Assembly (NCBI GenBank): GCA_021737265.1
Contig: JAIPEF010000001.1
Span: 5,416 to 69,415 of the forward strand
Source: Desulfocapsa sp.
GTDB taxonomy: Bacteria; Desulfobacterota; Desulfobulbia; Desulfobulbales; Desulfocapsaceae
DNA length: 64,000 bases
Direction of reading: 5' to 3'
Shown: piece by piece, positions 11,291 to 21,439 of the stretch
Layout of the letters: each line of letters begins with the position of its first letter
How positions within the stretch are numbered: position 1 is the stretch's first letter
Notes under the pieces: generated by a model
What the model was told of the DNA's origin: nothing
Databases searched by the model: none
What the model saw: only the letters and a program-made list of their open reading frames with translations
Translations under genes and position numbers: made by a program

Positions 11291-13208
11291 TAGGGCTGAA
11301 CCCTTTTTTTGCTGTAGGTTTTAAGTGGTGTGCGGGAAGTTTACTTGCCTTCATTGAATAAAATTTATTGATGGCGCGTCGCTGTCTTATGGCAAGACAG
11401 GAATCATGGATGAGAGCGTTTTTCATCTCCTCGGCGGTAATCGGTTTACTAATCAAAAACCCCTGGACCACATCACATCCATTTTCCTTGAGAAAGGAGA
11501 GCTGTGCCTCGGTTTCCACACCTTCGGCCAGGACTTTGAAGTTAAGCTGTTTGGCCATGGCGATAATAGCCAGTGTGATGGCTGCATCGTTGTGGCTTGT
11601 GGTGACACCCATGACAAAGGCACGGTCAATCTTGAGTTTATCCACTGCAAAGCGTTGCAGGTAGCTCAGTGATGAGTACCCAGTGCCAAAATCATCGAGG
11701 GCCATTTTAATTCCCTCCTCCTTGCATTGATTGATCAAATGAATGGTGTTGTCGAAACTTTCAATGAGTGCGCTTTCCGTTAACTCTAATTCCAGCGAGG
11801 TGGGAGGAAAGCCCGTCTTCCTGAGAATGTCCATGATCTTCTCAAAGAGGTCCGCTTGCTGTAACATCCTGCCGGAGATGTTAACGGCCATTGTGAACCC
11901 CTTGATTCCTACATCATGCCATTGCCGACCATGTCGACATGCCAGCTCTATAAGGCCGAAGCTGAGTCTGTCTATGAGGCCGACGTCTTCTGCAACGGGA
12001 ATAAAAATCTCGGGTGAAATAAATCCATGCTCCGGATGATTCCAACGGGCTAAAGCTTCCATACCCACTATGGCACCGGTTTTTATGTTGATTTGTGGTT
12101 GATAGTTATTGACAAGATCACTATTTTTGACAGCCTCAAAAAGGTCACTTTCCAGATCAAGGTTTTGATTGGCTGCCGCATCCATTTTGGAGTGCCAGCG
12201 ATAACTGGAATTGCCTCCAGCTGTCTTGGCCATTTCCATTGCTGTTTCGGCATTATGGAGCAACCCTGGCTGATTATCGCTGTCTTCCGGGTAAAGACTG
12301 ATACCAATGCTTAATTTGATAAAGATATCACGTGACTTTATGGCAATGGGATGCTGAAATTGCTTAAGAATTCTGTCTGAAAGCTCTTTGGCCATTTCAG
12401 GTTTTACCAGTGGTGCCAGGATGATAACAAATTCATCGCCACTTAAACGAGCCACAAAATCGGCTCCACACTGTTTTCCGCACTGCAGCAGAATTGAAGA
12501 GATCTCACAGAGCAGTTCGTCACCAAAGCTGGGACCCCGTATATTGTTGACACGTTTAAACTGGTCAAGATCGATATAAAGCACTGCAACTCCGCCATCA
12601 TTTTCCCTTGCCTGCTTAAGACAGAATGCCAGGTATTGCAAGCAGGAAGGTCGGTCTGGGAGGCCGGTTAACGAGTCATAGGTAATCTTTGGTGAGGAGG
12701 ATTGAGTTGTTTGAGTAAGTGGAATGATATCTTCTGCAGAAATCTGGCAGACAAATCCGCATTTTTCATGCTGGTGATCTTCGGATCCATTGAAAATAAT
12801 GGACATGTTCAGCGGTGATTGGTCCTTATCTCCTTGCCTGAAAAGGACCTCACCATTCCACTTGCCCTGATTAGCGACCGTTTTCAATAATGCTTTTAGA
12901 CCAGGGCCACGTCCGTGAAGCATGAAAAACTGATCAAACATCGTTTTTTCAAGATCCGGCAACTCATATCCTACCAGATTGCAGAAAACACTGTTGGCAT
13001 AGACAATGCGCTGGGCGGTATCAATATAGATAATTGCATCGGTCTGGTTGGCAACAATATGTCTTGTCATCCCAAGTTCAGACCTGGCCCTCGAGAGTAG
13101 TCCTTTGAGAAGCTGTACCTCGGAATTACCATCCAAAACGTGCTGGAGTAATATTTCTTCCCCGGACTCTTCCGGGGAATTGTTCTCTTTTGACTTGAGG
13201 TCGCCCAT
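11277..13208 (-). CDS. PAS-GGDEF-EAL c-di-GMP signalling protein
   Basis: PAS domain, YDSLTGLP, RLSGDEF, MEALARW and DDFGTGYSSL. Confidence 0.93.
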   Translation of the reverse strand: MGDLKSKENNSPEESGEEILLQHVLDGNSEVQLLKGLLSRARSELGMTRHIVANQTDAIIYIDTAQRIVYANSVFCNLVGYELPDLEKTMFDQFFMLHGRGPGLKALLKTVANQGKWNGEVLFRQGDKDQSPLNMSIIFNGSEDHQHEKCGFVCQISAEDIIPLTQTTQSSSPKITYDSLTGLPDRPSCLQYLAFCLKQARENDGGVAVLYIDLDQFKRVNNIRGPSFGDELLCEISSILLQCGKQCGADFVARLSGDEFVIILAPLVKPEMAKELSDRILKQFQHPIAIKSRDIFIKLSIGISLYPEDSDNQPGLLHNAETAMEMAKTAGGNSSYRWHSKMDAAANQNLDLESDLFEAVKNSDLVNNYQPQINIKTGAIVGMEALARWNHPEHGFISPEIFIPVAEDVGLIDRLSFGLIELACRHGRQWHDVGIKGFTMAVNISGRMLQQADLFEKIMDILRKTGFPPTSLELELTESALIESFDNTIHLINQCKEEGIKMALDDFGTGYSSLSYLQRFAVDKLKIDRAFVMGVTTSHNDAAITLAIIAMAKQLNFKVLAEGVETEAQLSFLKENGCDVVQGFLISKPITAEEMKNALIHDSCLAIRQRRAINKFYSMKASKLPAHHLKPTAKKGFSPIRKR

Positions 13209-13659
13209 AAGGAATCAGAAAAAATTCTTTGATAATAAAAAAAACCACAGCACTCTCCAAGTTCAACCAACACCAGCTAAAACAAATTACAATACAACTA
13301 CAAAAACAACAACTTCAAAAAAAACAATCATCTCCTAACAACTTGGGATACAGCACCAAAATGTCTGAACCAGACAAATACTGTACAGAGGCACAATTCA
13401 GGGAACAGGATACTTATTTTTGTCCTTTACCATAATTATGATATTATCATCTCATGGCCGGAATAACGCGAGTCATATACCTGGGGATTTTTCGTCACAT
13501 CACCCTGGTACGGTAACCATCGGCAACAGACCTTTCATAACAATGAAGATTATCTTGCCGATATCGAACTGATAGCACAGTGGTACTGTAAGCACATATC
13601 ATATCTTCTAGAGGCGGATTATAAAGTACTTATCTACCACACCTGTAAGCGGAAGCACT

Positions 13660-15396
13660 ATGCTTGAAAATAAAATAAAAAAATTCTCCAACAAGACTTC
13701 CCGCCGCATAGCCTTGCCCATTTTTATTACCCTTTTCCTCTTTGTTACCGTTATTTTTTTCGTTCTTTTGCCGCAGCTTGAGAAAAACTTTCTCAGCAGG
13801 AAGCAGGAAATGATCCGGGAATTAACAGAAACGACCTGGAGCTTACTTGAGTCATACCATGAGCGAGAGATATCCGGTGAATTAAGTCGAGCTGAAGCCC
13901 AGAGACGGGCAGCTTTGCGAATTAATAAACTCCGTTACGGCCGGGAGCAAAAAGATTATTTCTGGATCAACGATATGTCTCCGCGAATGATCATGCACCC
14001 CTATCGTCAGGATCTGGAGGGAAAGGATGTTTCTGACTTTCAGGATTCAAACGGCAAATATCTTTTTCTTGAATTTGTCCGTACGGTACAGAAACAGGGG
14101 GCAGGGTACGTTGACTATACGTGGCAGTGGAAAGACAACCCCGTAAAAATTTCTCCGAAAATGTCTTATGTCAAAGGTTTTGAACCATGGGGCTGGATCA
14201 TCGGTACAGGGCTGTATGTCGATGATGTTCATGCCGAGATTTCCAAAATTCGGAAAAAACTCTCCGCCATTTCCATGGCTATTTTACTCATCGTCTCGTT
14301 ACTGGCTGCATACTCCATTCGTCAGACCATGATAGCTGACCGCGACCGATTAAGGATATTTTTGGAGCGGGATGGCTTGCTGAAGTCTCTGGAGAAGAAC
14401 AAGGAGCGATATCGCAACCTCATTGAGACCACCAGTGACTGGATTTGGGAATCCGATCAGGACGGCAGATATACCTACTCAAGTCCCAAGGTTGAGGATC
14501 TTCTTGGTTTTCAGCCCAAAGAAATGGAACATAAAACATTGGTCGATATCGTTTCTCCTCAGTATACAAAATCATTCAGGGAGAAATTTAAAAAATTGCT
14601 TCACGACAAAAAACCGATTAACGGGTTGGAGAACACCTGCCTGGGAAAGAGTGGGCAGGTAGTAGTGCTTGAAAATAATGCGGTTCCAATCTTCGACTAT
14701 CAGGAAAACCTTGTTGGTTATCGAGGTGTTGCCCGTGATATAACAAAACGAAAAGTAGCCTTGGAGGAGCTGAAAAAAAGCCGGGATGACCTGCATGCCA
14801 GTTTGGAGGAGACAGTAACGTCGCTGGCCTCTACCGCTGAAAAACGGGACCCCTATACCGCCGGTCATCAACAGCGGGTTGATTTTTTGGCGTGTGCAAT
14901 TGCCAGGGAACTGAGACTCCCTGAGGAGCAGATCGAGGGGCTCCATATTGCAGCCCTCCTGCATGATATCGGCAAGATTAGCCTGCCGTCCGAATATCTT
15001 GCTAAACCAACCAAACTTTCCAAAGAGGAGACTGCCATCATCAAAGTGCATACCGAGGTAGGGTATGAAATATTAAAAAATATTCACTTTCCGTGGCCGG
15101 TGGCGGAGATCGTCTATCAGCATCATGAACATTTGGATGGCTCGGGTTACCCACGGGGTTTGATGGATAAAGATATCCTTCTGGAAGCAAAAATTATCAC
15201 CGTGGCAGATGTGGTGGAGGCCATGTCATCCCACCGCCCTTACCGTCCATCACTGGGTATAACCAAAGCTCTGGACGAAATTCGCTCAGGCAGGGGAACC
15301 CGCTATCATACTCCGAGTGTGGATGCCTGCCTGCATCTCATTTTGGATAAAAAATTAAAGATTGATGCCGGGGATTGGTGCCCGCTTTTTATCTGA
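13660..15396 (+). CDS. Membrane Cache-PAS-HD-GYP phosphodiesterase
   Basis: Two TM helices flanking a Cache domain (DYFWIND...MIMHP); PAS; HDIGK and HHEHLDGSGYP. Confidence 0.93.
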   Translation: MLENKIKKFSNKTSRRIALPIFITLFLFVTVIFFVLLPQLEKNFLSRKQEMIRELTETTWSLLESYHEREISGELSRAEAQRRAALRINKLRYGREQKDYFWINDMSPRMIMHPYRQDLEGKDVSDFQDSNGKYLFLEFVRTVQKQGAGYVDYTWQWKDNPVKISPKMSYVKGFEPWGWIIGTGLYVDDVHAEISKIRKKLSAISMAILLIVSLLAAYSIRQTMIADRDRLRIFLERDGLLKSLEKNKERYRNLIETTSDWIWESDQDGRYTYSSPKVEDLLGFQPKEMEHKTLVDIVSPQYTKSFREKFKKLLHDKKPINGLENTCLGKSGQVVVLENNAVPIFDYQENLVGYRGVARDITKRKVALEELKKSRDDLHASLEETVTSLASTAEKRDPYTAGHQQRVDFLACAIARELRLPEEQIEGLHIAALLHDIGKISLPSEYLAKPTKLSKEETAIIKVHTEVGYEILKNIHFPWPVAEIVYQHHEHLDGSGYPRGLMDKDILLEAKIITVADVVEAMSSHRPYRPSLGITKALDEIRSGRGTRYHTPSVDACLHLILDKKLKIDAGDWCPLFI

Positions 15397-15473
15397 TTTA
15401 TGCTGAGAATATGCACCAGTCAGTTGAACAGCCTGGTACTGTCCCACTGCAAAGGAAATGGTTATCACTTTGC

Positions 15474-16175
15474 TTACTGCTCAGTGACGGAGAGTACGGT
15501 AAAGCATTCTTCTTCTGCCAGCCAGCGCACATTCATCTCCCAGAGCAGCATGCCATATTCCCGCTGTTTCTGTCGCTGACTGGCGGGTCGAGGATCCTGC
15601 TCCAGAACCTCACGAATCAGTGCTTTCAGTTCCCGCCCCTTCTCTTCCTCATAACGACGGCACGCCTCTTCGGCCACCGGAGTGAAACAGACCGCAACCC
15701 TGTTTTCTGAACACTGGACAAAACCACTGGCAGCATCTGCCACCCGATCACTGTAAGGAACATAGGGTTTGATATCAAAAACCGGTGTCCCGTGGAGGAG
15801 ATCCAGTCCACTTATATCAAGAAACAGCCTGCCTTCTTCTTTTCGCAGGCCGAGATAACGGACAACGGACATACCGAGAAAATTCGGGCGATGGGGACTG
15901 CGACTGGCAAAAAGCCCAACACGTTTCTGTCCTCCAAGCCAAGGCGGCCGTACCGTAGGACGCCAGCCGTCAGCCACTGCTTCATGGAACTGAAACTGCA
16001 ACCAGATATGAGAAAAACTCTCCAGCCCTTTGAACATTTCTTCACGATTACAGGGAGGCAGCAGTTCGACAGCCCCCTTTGCACTTTTCACCAGACCCGG
16101 CTGCCTCGGGATACCAAATTTTTCCCGGTAGCAGGAATGGACAACACCTATGGCCTCTATCGTAACCTTCACCAT
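15474..16175 (-). CDS. trmO: tRNA m6t6A37 methyltransferase TrmO (TsaA/YaeB)
   Basis: KFGIPRQPGL, VRPP, FASRSPHRPN, DIKPY and QDPRP; start moved to ATG 16175 behind GGAGGAG. Confidence 0.92.
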   Translation of the reverse strand: MVKVTIEAIGVVHSCYREKFGIPRQPGLVKSAKGAVELLPPCNREEMFKGLESFSHIWLQFQFHEAVADGWRPTVRPPWLGGQKRVGLFASRSPHRPNFLGMSVVRYLGLRKEEGRLFLDISGLDLLHGTPVFDIKPYVPYSDRVADAASGFVQCSENRVAVCFTPVAEEACRRYEEEKGRELKALIREVLEQDPRPASQRQKQREYGMLLWEMNVRWLAEEECFTVLSVTEQ

Positions 16176-16222
16176 CTCCTCCAAAGAGTGTTCCTCGTAT
16201 TTCTCATGAGAAGTACGGGTTA

Positions 16223-16277
16223 TTGACCTTTTCCTCAACAACTGGTAGTGTAACACAAAACTTAAAAAGGTGTTACA
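16223..16277 (+). promoter_or_regulatory. nikR promoter with a putative NikR operator
   Basis: TTGACC-N17-TAGTGT; palindrome TGTAACAC-N13-GTGTTACA at 16249-16277. Confidence 0.72.
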
Positions 16278-16278
16278 A

Positions 16279-16689
16279 ATGTTAAAGCGCTTTACCGTTT
16301 CCATGGAAGACAGCCTCCTCGATGACTTTGACAACTTCATCCGGGGTCGCCATTATCAGAATCGCTCTGAAGCCCTTCGTGATCTCATTCGCGAACGCAC
16401 CATTGAAAAGGAGTGGGAGGCCGACAAGGATGTGATGGGGGTCATTTCCCTCGTCTATGACCATCACCAGCATAAACTCCAGGAAAAAGTGACGGAACTG
16501 CAGCATGACTTCCACCATCAGATCGTCTCTACCACCCATGTCCACATGGATCACCACAACTGCCTGGAAGTGATCATTGTCCGCGGCAAGGCGGACGAGG
16601 TTCGCGGACTTGCTGACAGCCTGGGGGCCCTGCGAGGCGTACGCAACGCCAGCCTCTCCATGGGGTCTACAGGTAAAGAGCTGCACTAA
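16279..16689 (+). CDS. nikR: Nickel-responsive repressor NikR
   Basis: Ribbon-helix-helix RFTVS...NRSEALRDLIR; YDHH and HVHMDHHNCLE. Confidence 0.96.
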   Translation: MLKRFTVSMEDSLLDDFDNFIRGRHYQNRSEALRDLIRERTIEKEWEADKDVMGVISLVYDHHQHKLQEKVTELQHDFHHQIVSTTHVHMDHHNCLEVIIVRGKADEVRGLADSLGALRGVRNASLSMGSTGKELH

Positions 16690-16692
16690 AAT

Positions 16693-16823
16693 TGATGGCG
16701 TCGAAAAAATCCTCCATCTGCTTCGTTGCTGCCAATTTTTTGTCATTACGACGTACCTTGTGTACGCCGAATTGATAAAAAATTGACGCGCCTCGCATAT
16801 TGAGTTTTTTTTTCTTAGCCATT
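16693..16823 (+). repeat. Dispersed palindromic element, family 1, copy a
   Basis: TGATGGCGTCG...central CGACGTAC/GTACGCCG hairpin...TTAGCCAT; related to the copies at 31771 and 44650. Confidence 0.85.
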
Positions 16824-16860
16824 AAAGTTTTGACTTTTACGATATTATATATAAAAAAGT

Positions 16861-17475
16861 ATGCATATCTCTGAAGGAATCCTTACTGCACCGGTACTCA
16901 CCTGCGGAGCAGTTCTCACAACAGTGGGTACGGCTGTGGGTTTGAAAAAGCTGGATTACGATCGTATCATGACCGTTTCCCTGCTCTCGGCCGCCTTCTT
17001 TGTGGCATCGCTGATCCATGTTCCGGTGGGCCCGGCTTCCGTCCACCTTCTGCTGGGCGGCCTGCTTGGCCTTATCCTTGGCTGGGGGGCATTTCCGGCC
17101 ATTGTGGTAGCCTTAGCTCTGCAGACTATCTTTTTCCAGTATGGAGGCATGATCGTCCTCGGGGTCAACGCACTCTGTATTGCTGGACCTGCAGTCCTCT
17201 GTGGGCTGCTCCTCCGCCCCTGGCTTACGGGGAGCAGAAAGCAGCAACTGACAGCCGGCTTTCTGGCCGGATTCTGCTCCATGCTCTTTTCAGCACTCCT
17301 CATGGCAGTTGCTCTTTTTTTATCCGATCATGGTTTCCTTAAAGTGGCAACGATTGTCCTGGCCAGTCACTTGCCGGTAATGCTCATTGAGGGACTGATC
17401 ACCATGTTCGTTGTCACCTTTCTGGCAAGGGTACAGCCGGAAATATTATCCCTTAACAGATCATCCGCACAATAA
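16861..17475 (+). CDS. cbiM: Ni/Co ECF transporter substrate-binding subunit NikM/CbiM
   Basis: N-terminal MHISEG; SVHL; multiple TM helices. Confidence 0.92.
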   Translation: MHISEGILTAPVLTCGAVLTTVGTAVGLKKLDYDRIMTVSLLSAAFFVASLIHVPVGPASVHLLLGGLLGLILGWGAFPAIVVALALQTIFFQYGGMIVLGVNALCIAGPAVLCGLLLRPWLTGSRKQQLTAGFLAGFCSMLFSALLMAVALFLSDHGFLKVATIVLASHLPVMLIEGLITMFVVTFLARVQPEILSLNRSSAQ

Positions 17476-17478
17476 ATC

Positions 17479-18120
17479 ATGTTTCTTCGCCCCTGTCTTC
17501 TCCTTATCTGCCTCATTCTCCTGCCGCTTCAGGCGCAAGGTCATAAAATCCATGTCTTTGCCTGGGCTTCCGGCAATACAGTCACCGTGGAATCCAACTT
17601 TTCAGGTAGTCGCCCACTGCAGAACGGGAAAGTAACAGTAAAAGACAAACAATCAAACACAGTCCTGCTCCAGGGCACCGCAGATGAAAGGGGTATTTTT
17701 ACCTTTCCCATCCCCACCAGGGCAAAAGATGCAGCAATGGATCTTCTCATTGTGGTTTCCGGCAGTGAAGGGCATCAAAACCAGTGGCTGATTCCTGCAG
17801 AAGAATATCTTGCCAGCACCCCACTCGCAACACCAGAGAATCTGTCTGCAAACCTGCAACATCCAGCCATCAATGGCGGATCACAACCTGACATTCTGCC
17901 TGCAGAAGCAGACATTGGGAACGAAGAACTGAAACAGATGGTGAAAGAACTACTGAATCAGGAGCTTGCACCCATCAGACGCAGCCTTGCCAAAGCTGAA
18001 GACAAGTCCCCGGACTTCAGCGACATTATGGGCGGCATCGGTTACCTCCTGGGACTGGCCGGCCTGGTTGCCTGGCTCAGAAATCGCCCCCAAAAACCAG
18101 GCAAAAAAGATGATCGATGA
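17479..18120 (+). CDS. NikL/CbiL-like accessory component
   Basis: Signal peptide followed by HKIHVFAW; C-terminal DIMGGIGYLLGLAGL TM helix; lies between M and Q. Confidence 0.75.
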   Translation: MFLRPCLLLICLILLPLQAQGHKIHVFAWASGNTVTVESNFSGSRPLQNGKVTVKDKQSNTVLLQGTADERGIFTFPIPTRAKDAAMDLLIVVSGSEGHQNQWLIPAEEYLASTPLATPENLSANLQHPAINGGSQPDILPAEADIGNEELKQMVKELLNQELAPIRRSLAKAEDKSPDFSDIMGGIGYLLGLAGLVAWLRNRPQKPGKKDDR

Positions 18121-18874
18121 ACCCTTTGCCACGGGCTCCACGCTTTTTCACAAACGTGACGCCCGGGTAAAAATCGTTGGCGCCGCAAGCATCAGTCTGG
18201 TACTTGCCCTCAACTCATCAATACCGGCTGCAGTGGCTGGTTGCCTCGTAACAGGTAGCCTGCTCATTCTCTCTCGACCAGAGCCACTGTCCTTATGCAG
18301 ACGAATCGCAACTATTAATGTCTTCACCCTTTTTCTCTGGCTTACCCTGCCCCTTACCTACGGGGGAGAAGAGATGATGCAGATTTCCTTCCTCAAGCTT
18401 CACCTTGACGGTATCCACATGGCCAGTCTCATCACCCTGAAAACAAACGGAATTTTCTTCTGCTTTCTTGCACTCCTTGCCACTTCGACAACAGTCAGCC
18501 TAGGGCATGGCCTTGAAAGACTGGGGCTTCCACGGAAACTCTGCTTCCTGCTCCTCTTTTCCTACCGCCAACTCTTTGTCATTCACCAGGAATATCAGCG
18601 TCTGCGGCGGGCCGCCAGACTGCGCGGATTTATCCCTGCAAACTCCCTCCACACCTATCGTACCTACAGTCACCTCTTTGGCATGACCCTGGTGAAAAGC
18701 TGGAACCGGGGAGAACGAGTGCATCAGGCCATGGTCCTCCGTGGCTTTAGCGGGAAATTTATCCCCCTGGACCAGCCTCAGCTAGCGAAAGAAGATTATC
18801 TCTTTCTGATAACGATGCTTCTGCTCAGCCTGCTTCTGACCGGACTTTCACTTTCTCTTCTTCCTCTTTCATGA
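18110..18874 (+). CDS. cbiQ: Ni/Co ECF transporter T component NikQ/CbiQ
   Basis: DARVK, YR and two RGF motifs; start at ATG 18110. Confidence 0.9.
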   Translation: MIDEPFATGSTLFHKRDARVKIVGAASISLVLALNSSIPAAVAGCLVTGSLLILSRPEPLSLCRRIATINVFTLFLWLTLPLTYGGEEMMQISFLKLHLDGIHMASLITLKTNGIFFCFLALLATSTTVSLGHGLERLGLPRKLCFLLLFSYRQLFVIHQEYQRLRRAARLRGFIPANSLHTYRTYSHLFGMTLVKSWNRGERVHQAMVLRGFSGKFIPLDQPQLAKEDYLFLITMLLLSLLLTGLSLSLLPLS

Positions 18875-19608
18875 TTATGAGATCACAGCCACCACTCCTT
18901 GAACTTCGCGATATCAGCTATTCTTATCCCGACCATGACTCCCCCCTTCTGGAAGGGATCAATTTCAGCATCCACAAAGAACGCATAGGGCTCATCGGCC
19001 CCAATGGCAGCGGCAAAACCACTCTTTTCCAGATTATTATGGGACTGTTAAAGGCTGACACAGGAGAAATACTCCTGGAAGGGAAGAAAATGGAGACCGA
19101 AAAAGACTTTCAGCAAATACGGCGGAGGCTGGGGTTGCTTTTTCAAAACTCGGATGACCAACTCTTTTCCCCAACGGTACTGGAAGATGTTGCCTTTGGC
19201 CCCTTAAATATCGGTGCAACACCTGCAGAGGCCCGAAACACATCAATCAGCACTCTGAAACAGCTTGGCCTGGAAGGGTTCGAAGAACGCATCACCCATA
19301 AATTATCAGGAGGCGAAAAAAAAATAGTGGCCCTGGCCACCATCCTCGCCATGCATCCACAACTACTACTTCTGGACGAACCAAGCAATAACCTTGATCC
19401 CGAAACCAGGGAACGATTAATTACGATCCTGCGGGGTCTGAATCAGGTCCATATCATCATCTCCCATGACCTGGATTTTCTGGCCTCCACCTGCACCCAA
19501 CTGTATGCCATTGAGAAGAAGACACTTGTGCGCTGTGAGGAGAAACAGGTACACAGCCATGAGCATATTCACCCTTATGGTAATCAACCTCATCAGCATG
19601 GGACTTGA
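18871..19608 (+). CDS. cbiO: Ni/Co ECF transporter ATPase NikO/CbiO
   Basis: GPNGSGKTT, DDQLF, LSGGE and LLLDEP; His-rich tail. Confidence 0.92.
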   Translation: MIMRSQPPLLELRDISYSYPDHDSPLLEGINFSIHKERIGLIGPNGSGKTTLFQIIMGLLKADTGEILLEGKKMETEKDFQQIRRRLGLLFQNSDDQLFSPTVLEDVAFGPLNIGATPAEARNTSISTLKQLGLEGFEERITHKLSGGEKKIVALATILAMHPQLLLLDEPSNNLDPETRERLITILRGLNQVHIIISHDLDFLASTCTQLYAIEKKTLVRCEEKQVHSHEHIHPYGNQPHQHGT

Positions 19609-19846
19609 ACAGACTGGATCACTTGCCCATAACGGATCAATCAGCAACCATCTTCCCGGGCACTGGTTCACTTGCCTTGCTTCAATGTCGTATTTATAAT
19701 ATTATAGTATATGGTTCAGACAATCCTTTCCACCACTGAGCATGAGGCATGATCTGCCCCCTCAATAAGACAGACCGGATCGTCATCACCACAAAGTTAA
19801 CGTATGGCTCAGTTCGGGCCACATGAATGACGAAATGGAGAGATAA

Positions 19847-21214
19847 ATGTTATTACATAAAATGGCTCGGAATCACCTAGAAGATACAGTCAGTGATATC
19901 CTCTGGTATATCTGTAAAAAAGATTCTCTTTTTGCGAAGAAGTTACTCTCTCAATTTACTGATCCAACAAGCGATTTTACGGTTATCGATATCACTAGAA
20001 ACTATATGATATATGATGGTTTTATGCCGGACCTCACCTTTTTGCTGCACCACAACAAAACCAATAAAATCAACTACATCGTGATGGAGACCCGAATCAC
20101 AACAAAACAAAATATCCATATAAGAAAAAAAAGAACAACAAAACAATATGGCATTTTCACCAACTATTTAAACAGACAAAATAAGTTAACGAATATACAA
20201 CAAGCATATAACATACCCGATAAATGTATCCTTTTGTGCCCTTCTTATTATGACAATCAAGAAGAAGGTCATGTTAAAGAATTCAGATTTCCCAAATTAT
20301 TAACTCTTTTAAAGAATTCAAAAGAGAGTGCTACTGAAGAAATAAGAAATGAATTAATCAAATATATAGAAGAGGAATTCGAAACAACACATACCCACTT
20401 AAATAACAATCTCGATATTTTAGCAAACAAGAAAGAGCTGAAATGTGCCCAAGATCATATTATATCATTAAGAGAGGCAATGCTAACAGAGCAAGATGTT
20501 AGTAAAAGTGGACTCTGGCAGAAGGATTGTGAATGGTATTGCTACTTTGGTATTGGATTAAAAGTCAACTACAAATCTAAAAATGAAGAAAACCCATGGT
20601 TATCCTACGATTTTTCCAGCGAAGAAGATATCTTCTCACCCCTGAAGCTAAGTTTTCCGAATAATATTATAAAAAAAGGTGTTGTCCATTTTCCAAAATA
20701 TCTCAATAAAGACAAATTCTATTGCGACCTTCTTATTGAATCAAAGATAAATACCAAATTTGAGGATATTTTTAACTTACTCGCATGTGACGATATTCTT
20801 AAAACGAATATCATAAATTTCACAAAGCACTACAATCAACCAGACAAGCAGCGATACCTGATAAAATATAATGAATTTCTAAACGCAATACTGAATTACA
20901 TGGACAGGTTTGACGATGAAGTTTCTAAAGAATACAGATATACGCATTTTGAACACTCTTTGGACAAAAAAGAAATACTCCTGCGTTTGAACATTGAGGC
21001 GAGAGTTAATGGAAAGTACCATATCTCTGTTGTAGCGGAACCAACCTCTTCTGATATAAACAAAATTCTACGCATGGAACTGTTCAAACATAACGAACTT
21101 ATTGACACAAGAGGATTGATTTCTGAAACAGAGACAGGATATGAAGTACCGTACGAATTAAATTCTCTAAAAGAAAAAATACGCAACACCTTCAAGAAAT
21201 TATATAAATCTTAG
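19847..21214 (+). CDS. AT-rich orphan protein with an N-terminal PD-(D/E)XK-like nuclease domain
   Basis: 455-aa ORF with GGAG RBS; E..SD.L / PDL / METR / Q...Y / LLCP pattern; visibly more AT-rich than its flanks. Confidence 0.55.
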   Translation: MLLHKMARNHLEDTVSDILWYICKKDSLFAKKLLSQFTDPTSDFTVIDITRNYMIYDGFMPDLTFLLHHNKTNKINYIVMETRITTKQNIHIRKKRTTKQYGIFTNYLNRQNKLTNIQQAYNIPDKCILLCPSYYDNQEEGHVKEFRFPKLLTLLKNSKESATEEIRNELIKYIEEEFETTHTHLNNNLDILANKKELKCAQDHIISLREAMLTEQDVSKSGLWQKDCEWYCYFGIGLKVNYKSKNEENPWLSYDFSSEEDIFSPLKLSFPNNIIKKGVVHFPKYLNKDKFYCDLLIESKINTKFEDIFNLLACDDILKTNIINFTKHYNQPDKQRYLIKYNEFLNAILNYMDRFDDEVSKEYRYTHFEHSLDKKEILLRLNIEARVNGKYHISVVAEPTSSDINKILRMELFKHNELIDTRGLISETETGYEVPYELNSLKEKIRNTFKKLYKS

Positions 21215-21288
21215 AATCAGAGAGCCTTGTCGGGAGATCTGTGGCTTCCCACAGGGAGTTTCATGAAGAAAATGTGGTCTTGATACCC

Positions 21289-21323
21289 GATGGATAAGTA
21301 AAAAGCTTCATATTGGAGGCGTG
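21289..21323 (-). repeat. Truncated family-1 palindromic element
   Basis: GATGGATAAGTAAAAAGCTTCATATTGGAGGCGTG matches the 44678 copy exactly once that copy's insertion is removed. Confidence 0.8.
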
Positions 21324-21439
21324 ACTTTCAGGTTATCCTTTTCTGCGTTAATCCAGCTCCCTCCAACCTGTATTCTGATTCTTTCGGCAACCCTGTACAA
21401 TGTCGCCCCAACTCCATTTGGCAAACTGCCGATGAATTT

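Noticed and set aside
13048-13435. Short Thr/Lys/Gln-rich ORFs
   Set aside because: Artefacts of the A/C-skewed intergenic tract
19790-19830. Integron attC-like site before the AT-rich gene
   Set aside because: Only a GTTAAC core; no matching inverse core, no second cassette and no integrase
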